Assembly: GCA_026936335.1 (NCBI GenBank)
Contig: JAPMXV010000015.1
Span: 186,001-250,000 of the forward strand
From: Mantamonas sphyraenae STR306
Taxonomy: Eukaryota; Protista; CRuMs
DNA: 64,000 bases
Direction: 5' to 3'
Part shown: positions 20,501 through 29,565 of the stretch, in pieces
How positions within the stretch are numbered: the first letter of the stretch is position 1
Layout: the number at the start of each line of letters is the position of its first letter
Translations under genes and position numbers: made by a program
Notes under the pieces: generated by a model
Told to the model about the DNA's origin: nothing
The model's input: only the letters and a program-made list of their open reading frames with translations
Databases searched by the model: none

Positions 20501-23500
20501 CAGATCCCCTGTGCGCGAGCCCGTCTCTTCGCCTCCAAACAGCTGGTTCCATCCCTTGCGGTGGATGTAGTCCACATGCAGCGCATGCTTGCGCAGGACC
20601 ACAAACACCCGCCCAACCAGCCGTACTGTATCCCGCGGGCCCACAGGCTTGGCCTGTTTCAGTGCGAGCATCAGATCCGAGTACAGGACGTTGAGCAGCG
20701 AGGTGCTGAACACCGCATTGCTGTTTTCCACGTCCGCCAGTTCGTCCATGACCGTGAGGATGAGTTCTTTCACCGCCACAAGCGCTGCCACATCCACCAC
20801 GCCCCACTCGCCACCCAGGTTGCTGCCTGCGCTCGCGCTATGGCTTCCTCCAGGTCCTCCGTCTCCCGACATGCTGCGTGCAGTGCGTCCTCCCACGCTT
20901 CCGCGTGCGGATTCCATTTCCCGCCGCTTCGCCTCCTCCTCCTCCTCCTCCAGTCCCATCTCCAGCGACTCGAGCAGAAACGTCAACCGTCGTTGCGAGC
21001 CTCGTTCCCTGCTGCGTCGTCGCACCTCGGGGCGTGTGCTCGTGTTGGACGAGTGCGTCCCTGCGCTGTCGCTGTTCACCATCGCCCCGTCCAGGCCTCG
21101 CATTCCTCCCCGGTTCTCCTTGGACTTTGCCTTTTCTACCATGGCCATTGCTCCGCGTGCTTGCCGCTTCAGCCCAATAATTGCGTTCAGATCCGCAGCC
21201 AGAAAGGTCTTGCCCAGCTTTGCGCCCAAGTGTGCGAACTTGTCACTTGCCGTGCGTTGAAAGTACTCGTGTCGCTCCTGCTGTTCCCATAGGAAGTTTT
21301 CCTCTTCGTTGCGTGTCTCTGCCTGCTGTTGCTGCCGTCCACTGCTGCCCCCGCCTCCGTTCAGCCGACGAGACGACCGCGTCGGCGTGTACCTCTCCTC
21401 GTTCAACACCTTGCCGTGCACCAATCCCTGCTGTGTGATGGCCCGAAAATCCAGCAGCGGCACCTGCGGGCCCTCATGGCTGTTCGACGACCCGCCGAGC
21501 CTGCCCCCTTCGCCCACGCCGTCGCCGCCTGCTTCACCCGTTCCCTCCTCGCCGTACGGGTTGCCCAGGCTGTACCTGCGGTCCCACACCATGGAAGACG
21601 CCGTGCCCTCGCTGCCCACACTATCTGCGTCGTCGTCACGTCCGGCGCCAGCTCCCGAGGACACTCTGTGTCCACTGCTGCTGCTCTCAACGTTCAGGTT
21701 CGACATCACCACCGAGAACGAGCGTTTCACACGCCTCTGTTGGCCCTCTTCGCGTACGGGCAAGTGAGTAGTCATGTCCAGCAGCTCGTCCACGTCTGGC
21801 ACGTCCTTGAACTGCCGGTGCTGGTCCCTATTGTCCGTGTGGTGACTGTGTGCCTTGCGCAGCGTCGAACGAGGCGATGTGATGGCCATCAACGAGTGGG
21901 TCTTGCCCAACACAGGCCGATCCGTCATTGGCACCCCCTCCCCCGGCGTTGCGCTTCCCCCGTGCGCTCGCCCTCCGCCTCCATCTTGTGCCTCGCCGTT
22001 GGTGTCCAATGCCACCGCATGCATACGCACCATTTCCGTGCGAAACAGCTGTCCAAAGCTAATCACTGTGCTGGTGCCAGTGAAGCCACCGCCGCCGCCG
22101 CCACTGCTTCCTCCTCCTCCTCCGCTGCGGCTGCTGCTGCTTCCTCCGCCACTGCCTGACGCGTACTGTGTGCCTCTGTGACTGCCTGCAGGTTCGTCGT
22201 CTGACGAGCGTGTGCTGCTCTGGCCCAACTCTGCGCTGCGTTCACTCTGTTTGCCCGACAGTGGCGGTGTGTGTTGGGCATCATCCCCGTGTGTGCGATC
22301 CGAATCGCTGCCGCCTTTGCCTCCGCCTCCGCCGCTGCTGCCTCCACCTGTGCTCTGTGTGCCTGCAGACCACAGCAGCACGGTTGTTTGTGCGTAAAAC
22401 TCGGTGAGCATGGGCACTCCTTGCTCCGCAAGGAATTGCCTGCGAAAGAGCCGCAGTGGAATAAACTCCACCAACAGCGAGTACAGCGGCGCCACGGTGG
22501 GGAACTCGCTCACCGCTTGGAGCACAGTCATGCACAGATGTGCCTGCGATTCAGGATACAGCTCGCACACGGAACGCAGCAACGCGGTCACTGCTTCCAC
22601 GTGTCGCTTTGCACGCTCTTTGTACACCACCAACACCAGGGCTTCAAACAGACCCTGTTCCACCCATACAAGGGCCTTGTCCCTGCTCACCTCGTACGAC
22701 AGGGCGTGCACGTGCTTAAACACACGCGACGCCTGCTCTCGCTGCTTCAGCGATCGCAACAGGCCCTCCAGTGTGCCATAATCGCTGGAAAGCGAGTAAA
22801 GCGTTTCGTACTCGTCGTGCAGGCGCAAATCCAGCGCCTGGTCGTAGCCAAGGATGCGTTGGGCAAGCTGCAGCGGCAACTCGGACCCAAATCCCAGAAA
22901 CTGGAAGAGGACCTCGTTGAAGGTGCTGCACCGACTGTAGTCTTCCTCCCGGCTGCTAAAAACATCGAAAACCAGTGTCTGTACGTCGATGGTCACCTCG
23001 CAGCGCAGCAGCTCTTGCTCGCCGCTCTCTTTCTCCTCCAAACTGTACAAGGACACGCCCAGCACGCCCGACTGTGGCACCACCATGTAATCGGTGCGTG
23101 AATGCGTGCGCAGGTACAACAGTACCGTGTCTTCGTCCCATTCGTGTCCTCCTGCGGGCGAAACGAGGTGAGTGTTAGTGTTTGCTCCATTTTCCACCGC
23201 CCGTTTCGGGGAGGCAAGCGAACACACGCCCCGTGCGTGCCACTGCCACACTGCCCACGTACGAAAGAGAAACTTGTTGTTGTTGACCTGATTGGAGAAC
23301 ACATAGATGCTCTCCATGAAGTGATGGACGAGGTGGTTGAAATAATCATAGGCCGAGGACGAGGTGAGCTGCAGCTCTCGGTCGCCGCCGCTGCTCTGCG
23401 TCTCGCCCGTATCGCGCACGCGGTATGGCAGCTCCAGCTGGAGCACCTCACGTGAACAGGTGCGCACACTAAGCATCATGCCGAGGTCTGCGTGCTGGTT

Positions 23501-23665
23501 GCGGCTGTCGCCGCTGCCGCTCACGGGACACGGGTGAAGCATCGTCACACCCACCAGACCCGTAGACAACTGCTGGCTGGCCTCTTCCATCGTGACGTCA
23601 TGGAAACGGACCGAGCGCGCACGCCCAAACAGCCGCTTTCGTGTCAGCAGGCCGTACTGCGGCAT
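14549..23665 (-). CDS. Giant (~3038 aa) protein kinase fused to a dual-specificity-phosphatase-like domain and a Cys-rich C-terminus
   Basis: Uninterrupted 9.1-kb ORF. Kinase motifs LGQGAFGSV, VAVK, HFDLKCDN, DFG, RGTEFIKSPE, DVWSVG. DSP-like SRITSHLYVGS...FTHIINV...KVLVC...FLMYQYALTFYEAVIFVKDRRQNVSP. CxCGxC and CxxC clusters. Confidence 0.85.
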   Translation of the reverse strand: MPQYGLLTRKRLFGRARSVRFHDVTMEEASQQLSTGLVGVTMLHPCPVSGSGDSRNQHADLGMMLSVRTCSREVLQLELPYRVRDTGETQSSGGDRELQLTSSSAYDYFNHLVHHFMESIYVFSNQVNNNKFLFRTWAVWQWHARGVCSLASPKRAVENGANTNTHLVSPAGGHEWDEDTVLLYLRTHSRTDYMVVPQSGVLGVSLYSLEEKESGEQELLRCEVTIDVQTLVFDVFSSREEDYSRCSTFNEVLFQFLGFGSELPLQLAQRILGYDQALDLRLHDEYETLYSLSSDYGTLEGLLRSLKQREQASRVFKHVHALSYEVSRDKALVWVEQGLFEALVLVVYKERAKRHVEAVTALLRSVCELYPESQAHLCMTVLQAVSEFPTVAPLYSLLVEFIPLRLFRRQFLAEQGVPMLTEFYAQTTVLLWSAGTQSTGGGSSGGGGGKGGSDSDRTHGDDAQHTPPLSGKQSERSAELGQSSTRSSDDEPAGSHRGTQYASGSGGGSSSSRSGGGGGSSGGGGGGFTGTSTVISFGQLFRTEMVRMHAVALDTNGEAQDGGGGRAHGGSATPGEGVPMTDRPVLGKTHSLMAITSPRSTLRKAHSHHTDNRDQHRQFKDVPDVDELLDMTTHLPVREEGQQRRVKRSFSVVMSNLNVESSSSGHRVSSGAGAGRDDDADSVGSEGTASSMVWDRRYSLGNPYGEEGTGEAGGDGVGEGGRLGGSSNSHEGPQVPLLDFRAITQQGLVHGKVLNEERYTPTRSSRRLNGGGGSSGRQQQQAETRNEEENFLWEQQERHEYFQRTASDKFAHLGAKLGKTFLAADLNAIIGLKRQARGAMAMVEKAKSKENRGGMRGLDGAMVNSDSAGTHSSNTSTRPEVRRRSRERGSQRRLTFLLESLEMGLEEEEEEAKRREMESARGSVGGRTARSMSGDGGPGGSHSASAGSNLGGEWGVVDVAALVAVKELILTVMDELADVENSNAVFSTSLLNVLYSDLMLALKQAKPVGPRDTVRLVGRVFVVLRKHALHVDYIHRKGWNQLFGGEETGSRTGDLQRVNVRRKLDLFLHRITSRMDLLYNRKAFMEDLTLQLVLLSRYMRTCRTRVMSDQVVDIGMRTLLRVVHQLITRGNFSLDVLPLAETVHHLLIVVDEIVEQNTHPALDDFLVGVLLEKGHITQWLRRYLGHLLFNPKLGEACAKLHISDGRISEYRMRGLRHFIVCAQLVRRNTKFSKEELKQNQATVDWQSSVERDAWISSQIEEIEYQEREMLWKLEFLVQPQRGFVPMYMESVDGTGVYDEFRVELMRTMMELLCEVFSNPSSPFNRKHEYVDFYVSFHYLWFVRLYNSLGQDEDESEDVVEWTTQLVRWHLRVLFAFTRHKTDYVITKMYQWHVMDFLLAEISLEYDVYTMQGHFVEKEVEAREMLVAAKGRRGLGLGLGLGLNVRDQSTDHMAMSMSGSVGGGGGRGGAAGGRAGVSWGADGHEEDSEDDGEKSDDSEDWKGWGSDDSSDIPLSPPPRKPGFVMSLGLNKEAKKGGDGEGRGDGHSEDEDEDEDEDETTYDSDDSSDIPLSPPPKKPGFVMSLGLNKEARKGGDERGRGDGHSDDEDETTYDSDDSDDSSDIPLTPPPKKPGFVMSLGLNKEARKGGDAVGRADGGSAREEYDSTYDSDDSSDIPLTPPPKKPAFVVGLGLNKEARKGGEAAVRQHGETQDRDDSEDDESTYDSDDSSDIPLTPPPRKPALVMALGLNKEARKGGDAVVREATSEAGNETATSTSSYDSDGSSDIPLTPPPKKPAVVMTLGLSNAVAKGQQSAAVASDGQVKVMTDAEIGSYASDTDSFDSDDSSDIPLTPPPNKPAFVMTLGLNKEATKGSTGVEGQSSHRSTMTTSTTSSSDIPLSPPRARPNIIAALDLEKPQSSEDEDVDEDKDTQNAKRKDAEPPQAHTSHTNNHGHNKKGTGKQKRLGSGGLGGQALPPKSRSARQQGRVTPKVVVGGGVREASPSRAAQRRREMSDLTYNTVQIGQAGTQMLGADEAQEMSGRVKRRSNAGIRASTSAMSLTAKVRPSGSSGDDTAGSPVATSTQLRKRTLSLSSRPGELEEVRDEQEQMLQHIVDSNSLVSMAGGGKSQLMRKPVGSPARHPSMSHVRSRSNSMIKSMSHMSDGSIVSEGVLEAEFYRSQTEARALYQDEEIHVLILQLILSLMMNQSDMLEPLYSSQHPILDNKPNIPFLLYWHINHANNETVAARLSQRTLEMGHSYHRLLKLVYKKLFCVAMYENNQAELLGQGAFGSVFRYQLPFVEVAVKLMDIERRIDDRCILYDMFSEVLIMDTHKSDPRVARMYDYGVSDEFHWIVMKEYKCSLKSWRLRQMTPLKANLPLYLRIFKDALSSLEVLEQSHVVHFDLKCDNLLLVPDEDVTESEFWNQPSEFPNFRIVVCDFGESKVYSDEEDSYTTRNRGTEFIKSPEMIQIAFAGRKQNRNFDRRRRVGANAATDVWSVGCLLYELLTGDFLFEEDIGAFIHRITTEGTPLISETKVQKIKQYPALVDFLEYVLVRDPLRRPSLADVRKRYEVVLAELTQGGTVDGGLNGTVGGISSSSSSGSASSAAAVAAAAASAGVGISDLDGRGVSPLKRRKARVQASKSIVDQDKAAAMVAERLNPNLVESRDWDEGGEVKMVEREREEEQAKSLEGLWEGTLSRITSHLYVGSTMKGLTMEALLQGGFTHIINVRVEDEEVDEDPEVTGVKKQIALQLEYLEVTLETQVREDGEGTLEEGWTAGFGFVRNAMTFHGKVLVCTGARGSDRWENATGALLIGFLMYQYALTFYEAVIFVKDRRQNVSPRPQLVRKLWWLAIQLEAQRERQMAKGAETFECLCGACSFTVQRPFDTTYGKNPRMCDCLADETSECPIQSCMGVLKELNSLYAFEQTDLEWGYTTKGALLRGTSGWSNSYAWVDGAKEGWDVYRCRTCHYVTHAVRQAKLRPRGHGESSRRRSESGMYVPASGRGEGDNVLVGLVVNLGVVKDIERLSQEFFKEISAER
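17960..19160 (-). repeat. Eight coding repeats (~180-nt period) of DSDDSSDIPL[ST]PPP[KR]KP[GA]FVM[ST]LGLNKEA within the giant kinase
   Basis: Counted in the translated ORF; the last copy is degenerate. Confidence 0.9.
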
Positions 23666-23719
23666 GGGTGAGTGCAGATCGTTTTGGCAGCCCTAGCGCT
23701 GCGGCCGCCAACTGCTTCC

Positions 23720-24424
23720 ATGGTCGCCACACGCCGTTCTCGACGCACACGCAACAGCGCCGCCTCGGAAGAGGAGGCCAAACAGGAGGAGCAGCCACAG
23801 CAGGTGGAGGAGGAGACACAAAACAGCACACAGAAGAAAGGGGAGCCAAAGAGCAAACGTGCGACTCGAAAGCGCAAGCAACCCGAGGAGGAAGAGGAGC
23901 CCGCGGTGCAGAACAAGGGCAAGGGCAAGAAAAAGACCAGCAAGAAGCAAACAAAGGCGACAGAAAGCAAGGAGACACAGGAGCAGAAAGACACAGTAGC
24001 AGAGCAAGGCCAGGGGCCAGCGGTGAAAAAAGCCAAATCCGCGCATGCGCCCGTCCAGCCCGTGCGCGGTCTGGGTGCATCAGGCCGCTTCTGGAAGAGG
24101 AATAGAAAGGTGAACAGGTCGACCATCAAAAAGAACCCGACACGTGGCATGACACTGGAGCAACGGCAGGCACAGCGGGCCATGCGAGCGGAAATCCGCG
24201 AGATTCAGGAGAGGATGCGAGCCAAGAAGGAGGAGGAACGGGAACGCAAGCGGGAGGCACGCAAGGCTCGGGAGGCCAAGAAGAGGGAGAACATGCTGCG
24301 TGGATCCCAGTACCAACTCATTACCGACAGCCAGAAGATCAAGGGACTCACACGCAAGCAACTCAAGAAGATCACCAAGATCAGCATGGAGGAAGCCAGC
24401 AAGCTGGGATTGGCAAAGTGGTGA
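23720..24424 (+). CDS. CCDC86: Coiled-coil domain-containing protein 86 (Cgr1 family, nucleolar)
   Basis: VRGLGASGRFWK motif, basic coiled coil, ENMLRGSQYQLITDSQKIKGLTRKQLKKI C-terminal motif. Confidence 0.75.
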   Translation: MVATRRSRRTRNSAASEEEAKQEEQPQQVEEETQNSTQKKGEPKSKRATRKRKQPEEEEEPAVQNKGKGKKKTSKKQTKATESKETQEQKDTVAEQGQGPAVKKAKSAHAPVQPVRGLGASGRFWKRNRKVNRSTIKKNPTRGMTLEQRQAQRAMRAEIREIQERMRAKKEEERERKREARKAREAKKRENMLRGSQYQLITDSQKIKGLTRKQLKKITKISMEEASKLGLAKW

Positions 24425-24653
24425 TGAAGAGCAGGAAGAGGGGAAGGGGAGGGGGGGGGGTGTGGACAAGAGCAAGGGGAGCCGGGGCGTGGGAATTGAG
24501 GAAATCAGGAATGCAAGCTCGCCTGGATGTAATGTTCAAATGTGCATTGGTCTCACGAGGGCAGAAGGGGTGGTGGTGGAACGAGGGGGCGTGCAGTGTG
24601 AAGTGTTGGCAGAGACATGCGCGTTGGGAGCCATTGCAACGGTGAGGGTTGGG

Positions 24654-25097
24654 ATGTCCGGAAGCAGCAGCTCAGGGAGTAGCAGCAGCAGCAACAGCAG
24701 CAGCACAACGAAGGACGTGAGTGACGAGCTGGCTTTGCGTTTGATGGAACTGATGGATGAGTACGAGGCAAACCACAACCAGATGGTGAAGCAGATGCGA
24801 GACGGCTTCTTTGATCTGGCACGTGCCCGTGTGTCCCAGGGAGACCACAGCATCACATCGGACGACTACGACCTCAACATGGAAGCGCATGCAAAGGTGC
24901 GCGTGGCTTCAGATTCCATTTCGCTTTCGCTGGAGATCGACCAAGAGGCCCGCAAGGAGGAGAACCCGCTTTTGTGGTTCCCAGAGCCCTCCATGATTCT
25001 TGCCTCGTCGCAAACACGCTTCACGTCGGCTCTGCAGCATTTGGTGGCTGCAGCGTCGCTACGAGCCCAGATTGTGGCTGCTTTGGAGGAGAGGTGA
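24654..25097 (+). CDS. CCDC115: CCDC115/Vma22-like V-ATPase assembly factor
   Basis: LMELMDEY...MRDGFFDLARAR...NPLLWF...LASSQTRFTSALQHLV pattern typical of Vma22/CCDC115. Confidence 0.7.
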   Translation: MSGSSSSGSSSSSNSSSTTKDVSDELALRLMELMDEYEANHNQMVKQMRDGFFDLARARVSQGDHSITSDDYDLNMEAHAKVRVASDSISLSLEIDQEARKEENPLLWFPEPSMILASSQTRFTSALQHLVAAASLRAQIVAALEER

Positions 25098-25219
25098 GGA
25101 GGAGAAGCGCGCGGCGAACCAACGCAGCTACCCTCCGGAGTGGGATCTGATTCATTTCCTTGCTGTGTGCAGAGGACTCGTATTGTATATCCTTGCCTGC
25201 CTGCCCTCTCTGTCTCCCA

Positions 25220-25993
25220 ATGAAATTTGGTGGTTTCTGGCTTCCCGCGTTGGTGGTGCTGCTGGCCACCGCCTTGCCAACGGTGCTGGGCTGCCACGGC
25301 GCATTTGAAATCAATGGCGTGCTGACGAGTGTGTCCACGTCGACGGCCTCTGCGTCGCTTTCGAGCAGCTGCTACCGAGGCGTGGTTAATGCCAGCGCCT
25401 GCGAGTCACTCGTTAACGAGTGTGTCAAGATCCAGCAGGCGTCATCAGGCATCCTGCTCACAAAGAACAGGTGTCAAGTGACGCAGTACGGCGTGGATAA
25501 CTTCAACACCACCCTCAACCTGTTCGACCACAAGTTTGTTCTCCGGCAACTCGGCACACGCGTAGAATGCACTCTCGCACGCACCCCGGGCACCTATCTC
25601 TGGGGATATACCCTCGACATCAAGGGGCACTGTCAGCTGGAAGGTTCTGCTCCTGCGGGCGAGCAACCGGTACGTATGAGATGCCAGCCACGTCTCCACG
25701 CACGCTCCCTTTTTTGCCGCGCACCGTGTGTTGATTTTGTTATCTTCTCCCCGGTTCTCACTCCGCCGTCGCGGTGGACGCACTCACACACATTTCCATG
25801 CACGCAGTTTCCGCATCGAGGATTTGTGCTCACCTCGTGCAGCGCAAAGGCCATAGAAAAGACCACGGCACCGCTGATTCGCGACGACTTTAATATTGAG
25901 ATCTCCACATCGGCCGCAGCACAGCTTGCGCTGCCAACACTGGCCCTCGCTGCGCTGGGCGTCGCCTGTGCGACATTGCTTGCACTCGTGTAG
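25220..25993 (+). CDS. Small secreted, probably GPI-anchored Cys-containing protein of unknown function; intron 25670-25807
   Basis: Signal peptide MKFGGFWLPALVVLLATALPTVLG; C-terminal STSAAAQLALPTLALAALGVACATLLALV; GTACGT...CACGCAG intron. Confidence 0.65.
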   Translation: MKFGGFWLPALVVLLATALPTVLGCHGAFEINGVLTSVSTSTASASLSSSCYRGVVNASACESLVNECVKIQQASSGILLTKNRCQVTQYGVDNFNTTLNLFDHKFVLRQLGTRVECTLARTPGTYLWGYTLDIKGHCQLEGSAPAGEQPVRMRCQPRLHARSLFCRAPCVDFVIFSPVLTPPSRWTHSHTFPCTQFPHRGFVLTSCSAKAIEKTTAPLIRDDFNIEISTSAAAQLALPTLALAALGVACATLLALV

Positions 25994-26157
25994 GTGATGT
26001 GCTGACCAAACCAAGGAGAAGTCAACAATGCGGGGAGAGGACGGTGCCTCCCGGGACACGAACAAGACGGAGGAATTTCCATGAATACATGACTGCTCCC
26101 AACTGCAGTGGATGTTGATTGCCGAGGATCCGTGTGCCATGCTTTTGTTGGCCGTCA

Positions 26158-26604
26158 CTACTCGCGTTTGGCGTGGTCCGCGTCTTCTTGCAACGCTTGC
26201 ACGTCCGCCTCGGCCTGCTCGGCCACAAACTGTTGTTGGGACAACACCCATTGCAGTGTGACAAACACTGCCAACACCAGAAGCACAAACACTTGGATAT
26301 ACCAACTCTCCAGCGGTGCGCCAAAGGCAAGGGAGATTGCCACGAGCAGCACGCACACAAACGACAAGTTGATCACTCGCATCATGTACGGAGACACTCC
26401 TGGGTCCAAAATGTGGGCCATCTCGTACATAAACGTGCCCTTGCGCCATTGGCTCGACTCTTCTGCCCCTTGTGAGCCGAGGGAAACGTCGCTCACGTCA
26501 CTCACGTCGCTCACGTCGCTCACGTCGCTGCTGTCGTCGTCCTCGGGTTCCGAAAGACCCGATGATGAGCTTCGGTCGCCGTCCTCCGCGGAATTCCTCC
26601 CCAT
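26158..26604 (-). CDS. Pkr1-like ER membrane protein (V-ATPase assembly factor)
   Basis: ILDPGVSP followed by two TM helices ending LQWVLSQ, resembling the Pkr1 I.TPG..P / two-TM / W pattern; acidic N-terminus with SDV repeats. Confidence 0.55.
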   Translation of the reverse strand: MGRNSAEDGDRSSSSGLSEPEDDDSSDVSDVSDVSDVSDVSLGSQGAEESSQWRKGTFMYEMAHILDPGVSPYMMRVINLSFVCVLLVAISLAFGAPLESWYIQVFVLLVLAVFVTLQWVLSQQQFVAEQAEADVQALQEDADHAKRE

Positions 26605-27148
26605 CAGTGCAAGCGTCGGGTTGGCAGCGGGCGGGCGAGAAAGTTGAGGGTGAGACAACGCACAAGAGGGTAGAGAGAAAGGAAGGAGTTTAGGGGGGGA
26701 AGTGTTGGTGGTATATTCAAAGTTTGTGTGTTTGCGTTGTCCTTTGGGTGGTTTGGTGGGATGCTGGCCACTGAAAATCGGTGCCAGCCCTTTCGCCTGC
26801 CAGAAAACATCGTTGGGGAGAGCAGATCCAAAAGATCTAGACATGGGGGAGGAGGTGGAGGATGCCATGTGTGTGTGTGCGTACACACGCACCACAGAAT
26901 CCCAATCTCGAGAGAGCGGACAACGCCCCAGTTCTTCTCGAGTGGGTTCTGCAGCAGCCACAGGCAACTCCATCCTCCTCTCCCTTGCCTCCTCACTCTC
27001 CCCACAGGCCTCGTTCCTTGCACAGCACGCCGTCCCACACGCGCGCACGCACGAAAAACAGTGCGTCCGTCCGCGTTTCAGCGTCTGCGCCTCTCCATCG
27101 TCTCCGCAGTCCTTCACCTGCTCGGATGTTGTGACAAGGCTGCACGCC

Positions 27149-28627
27149 TTACACAACCTCCTCCAGGTCGTTGTACACCATCATCGTGTCGTCGTTGCCA
27201 AACGTGTACGTGTCCATGTCCAGCGAAAACAGCTGGTCCATCTGCCCGTACTCGTCGCCCACGCTCGTCATCGAAGGCAGTGCGCTCAGTGCAAAGCTGC
27301 TTCCGCTGCTGCTTCCGCTGCCGCCCAGCTTTGCTGCATGTCCGACTGTGGGCAGCTTCAGCGCCTCGGTCACCTCGCTTGCCTCGCTTGCCAGCGGTTG
27401 CCACTGCGGCTTCAGCTCGGGTGTCTCTGCGCCTGCGCCTGCGCTTGCGCCTGCTGTTGCTGCCACAGACGACGACGACGAGCCTGTACCCCACACCTGG
27501 TCGATGTTCTTGTGGCTCGGCTCAAAGTGCAACGAGTTGAGCACATCGTACAGAGGCGTGCTCGAAGGCAGCTCAGCCGCGTTTGCCACAGCCTGCTTCT
27601 TAAACACATGTGCCACGGGCGTCGTGTCCACAAGCACATCCTCCATCATCACGTCTCGGCTGCGCTTGTGTCCGCTTCCGCTGTCGCCACTTGCCGTCGA
27701 CATGTAGTCGTCCGGCACCGTGTCGTTGTCGCTGTGTTCGCCCTCGTCCAGCGTCATCGTCGACTCCGACGGCAGCTCCAGCTTGGCCACAGAGTTGAAG
27801 TTCAGGTTCAGGTTGTTCAGTGTGCCCAGGTTGCCCATGGCCAGCGTGTCATCGTCTGCCAGCGCTTGTGTGGCACGCGCTGCCGCGCTGCGTTCGCTGC
27901 GTGCGCGTGACGGAGGCACGTACTCTGCATCCGATGACTCTTCGTCCATCAGATCGTCGTACTTGGATGTGCGTCGTCGGTTGCTGCGTCGTGATCCACG
28001 TCGCACAGGCGTGCTCTTGCCGTTCGACGACCCGTCCAGCTGCTGTGTCATGCGGCTGCCGCTCTTGATGTTCAACGTCGTGATCGGTCCGTCTCCAGAC
28101 TCCACACGTCCGTCTTCCGTCACAATCTTGTTGGTCACCACAGCGTTGGCCGGAGGGAACGTCTCGTGGTCCACCTGTTGGTTGTGCTTGTGTGTGCTGC
28201 GCGCTTCTGACAGCCGTTGGTACAATTCGCGCGCAAGTTCCTCGTCCAGCGTATTCACCAGAGCCAGCAGCCAGTCCATCTCGATAAAGTACTGGCCCTT
28301 GACAATGCGCTTGTGGTTGCGGAACAGCATGCGCAGGTACTTGCTTGGCGTGCCTGCGGCTGCAATAGCTCCGTTCTTCAGGCACATTTGCCGGAAGTAG
28401 AACATGTTGATGTGTGCCTCCGTCCAGTGCAGGTCGCTGGCTCGGATGATGTCTCCGTTGTTGACGTAGTGACGACCCGTCATCTTTTCCAGGTCCTCAT
28501 GCATGGGTTTGTCGCTGAAGCGCTTCTCAGGCTGCAGCACAAGCTGGCACATCAGCCGAAGCACGTGCTTCAGATCCGGCGTCACTTTCACTGACGCCAC
28601 GTCGTGGTCGTTGAATCGTTGCTGCAT
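27149..28627 (-). CDS. Uncharacterised protein (copy 1): N-terminal globular region, low-complexity middle and acidic tail; possible transcription factor
   Basis: Long ORF from ACAATG (MQQRFND...); differences from copy 2 are mostly synonymous. Confidence 0.7.
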   Translation of the reverse strand: MQQRFNDHDVASVKVTPDLKHVLRLMCQLVLQPEKRFSDKPMHEDLEKMTGRHYVNNGDIIRASDLHWTEAHINMFYFRQMCLKNGAIAAAGTPSKYLRMLFRNHKRIVKGQYFIEMDWLLALVNTLDEELARELYQRLSEARSTHKHNQQVDHETFPPANAVVTNKIVTEDGRVESGDGPITTLNIKSGSRMTQQLDGSSNGKSTPVRRGSRRSNRRRTSKYDDLMDEESSDAEYVPPSRARSERSAAARATQALADDDTLAMGNLGTLNNLNLNFNSVAKLELPSESTMTLDEGEHSDNDTVPDDYMSTASGDSGSGHKRSRDVMMEDVLVDTTPVAHVFKKQAVANAAELPSSTPLYDVLNSLHFEPSHKNIDQVWGTGSSSSSVAATAGASAGAGAETPELKPQWQPLASEASEVTEALKLPTVGHAAKLGGSGSSSGSSFALSALPSMTSVGDEYGQMDQLFSLDMDTYTFGNDDTMMVYNDLEEVV

Positions 28628-29072
28628 TGTGTCGATTGGTCTCTTGCTTTCGTGTGTTTCGTTTCTATATGTGCTGTGCGGTGGTCCGCGTTCTCGGAAA
28701 TTCTCGAGAAGAATGGGTTGGGGTTTCTGATCGGCGTTTGTTTGTGTGCTCAATCGGACTTGGTACACGTGTGTGTCCAGTATGGGTAGGGTTGAAACGG
28801 GAAGCGTTGGTTGGGTGGGAGGAGGGGTGGTGGTGTTGATTGGAAGAGAGAGTTCCGCGGTGAATTTGTGTGCAGCGGCGAGTTTCCTTCCTTTCGGGTG
28901 GTCGGTTTTTTTTTTGTGCTTGGGTTGGGCGAATCGGGGCTGAGGTGCACGCACAACTTTATACCTTGCGCTGCCAGCGGTACCGAGACTCACAGCTGCG
29001 TGCACGGACTGTGTGTGGGTTGATGCATGGGTGGGAGGGTATGCAGTCCGGGGGTGCGTTGGTGTGGAACGG

Positions 29073-29371
29073 TGACGTCACAGTGCGACGTGGGGCGGGA
29101 GATTTGGGGCGGCCCTCCTTCGGACCTTTCTTCACACGGTTCTCGCGACGCTTCTACACAAGCACAACCCTCCGAAGGAGTGTCCTGGACATGTGCACAC
29201 AAGCACAAGTGTCATGCACATGCACACAGCTTGCATGCTTGGTTGGTCATGGCACCTGTCAGTGCCCAAAAGCAGGGCTGGTGCACAAAAAGTTTCGGGC
29301 GGGAAGCACGAGAGCAAGGCGAGTCGGGAATTGCGGCGAATTCGGGGCGGCGGGGCCGTGTTTTGACGTCA
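29073..29371. promoter_or_regulatory. Two perfect CRE palindromes TGACGTCA (29073-29080, 29364-29371) in the divergent promoter upstream of the bZIP gene
   Basis: Exact 8-mers, both retained in the duplicate (42093-42100, 41802-41809). Confidence 0.4.
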
Positions 29372-29565
29372 TCGGCCACTCGGGGCGTACGCACGGCCCG
29401 GTTGGAGATGCAGAGGATGTGAAAGGCACATGGGCGTGAGATGTGGCCATGGGGCACACACATGCAATGCGAGAGATGCAGGGGAGGTCTGTGTGGCGTG
29501 GGGCCGGGCGGTGAGAAGAAGAAAGAGAGAAAACGGGCAGCCGATGCACAGCCCTCCCCGACACA

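Noticed and set aside
14714-23469. Long plus-strand ORFs antisense to the giant kinase (and similar antisense ORFs elsewhere)
   Set aside because: Expected in GC-rich coding DNA, and they show no recognisable motifs.
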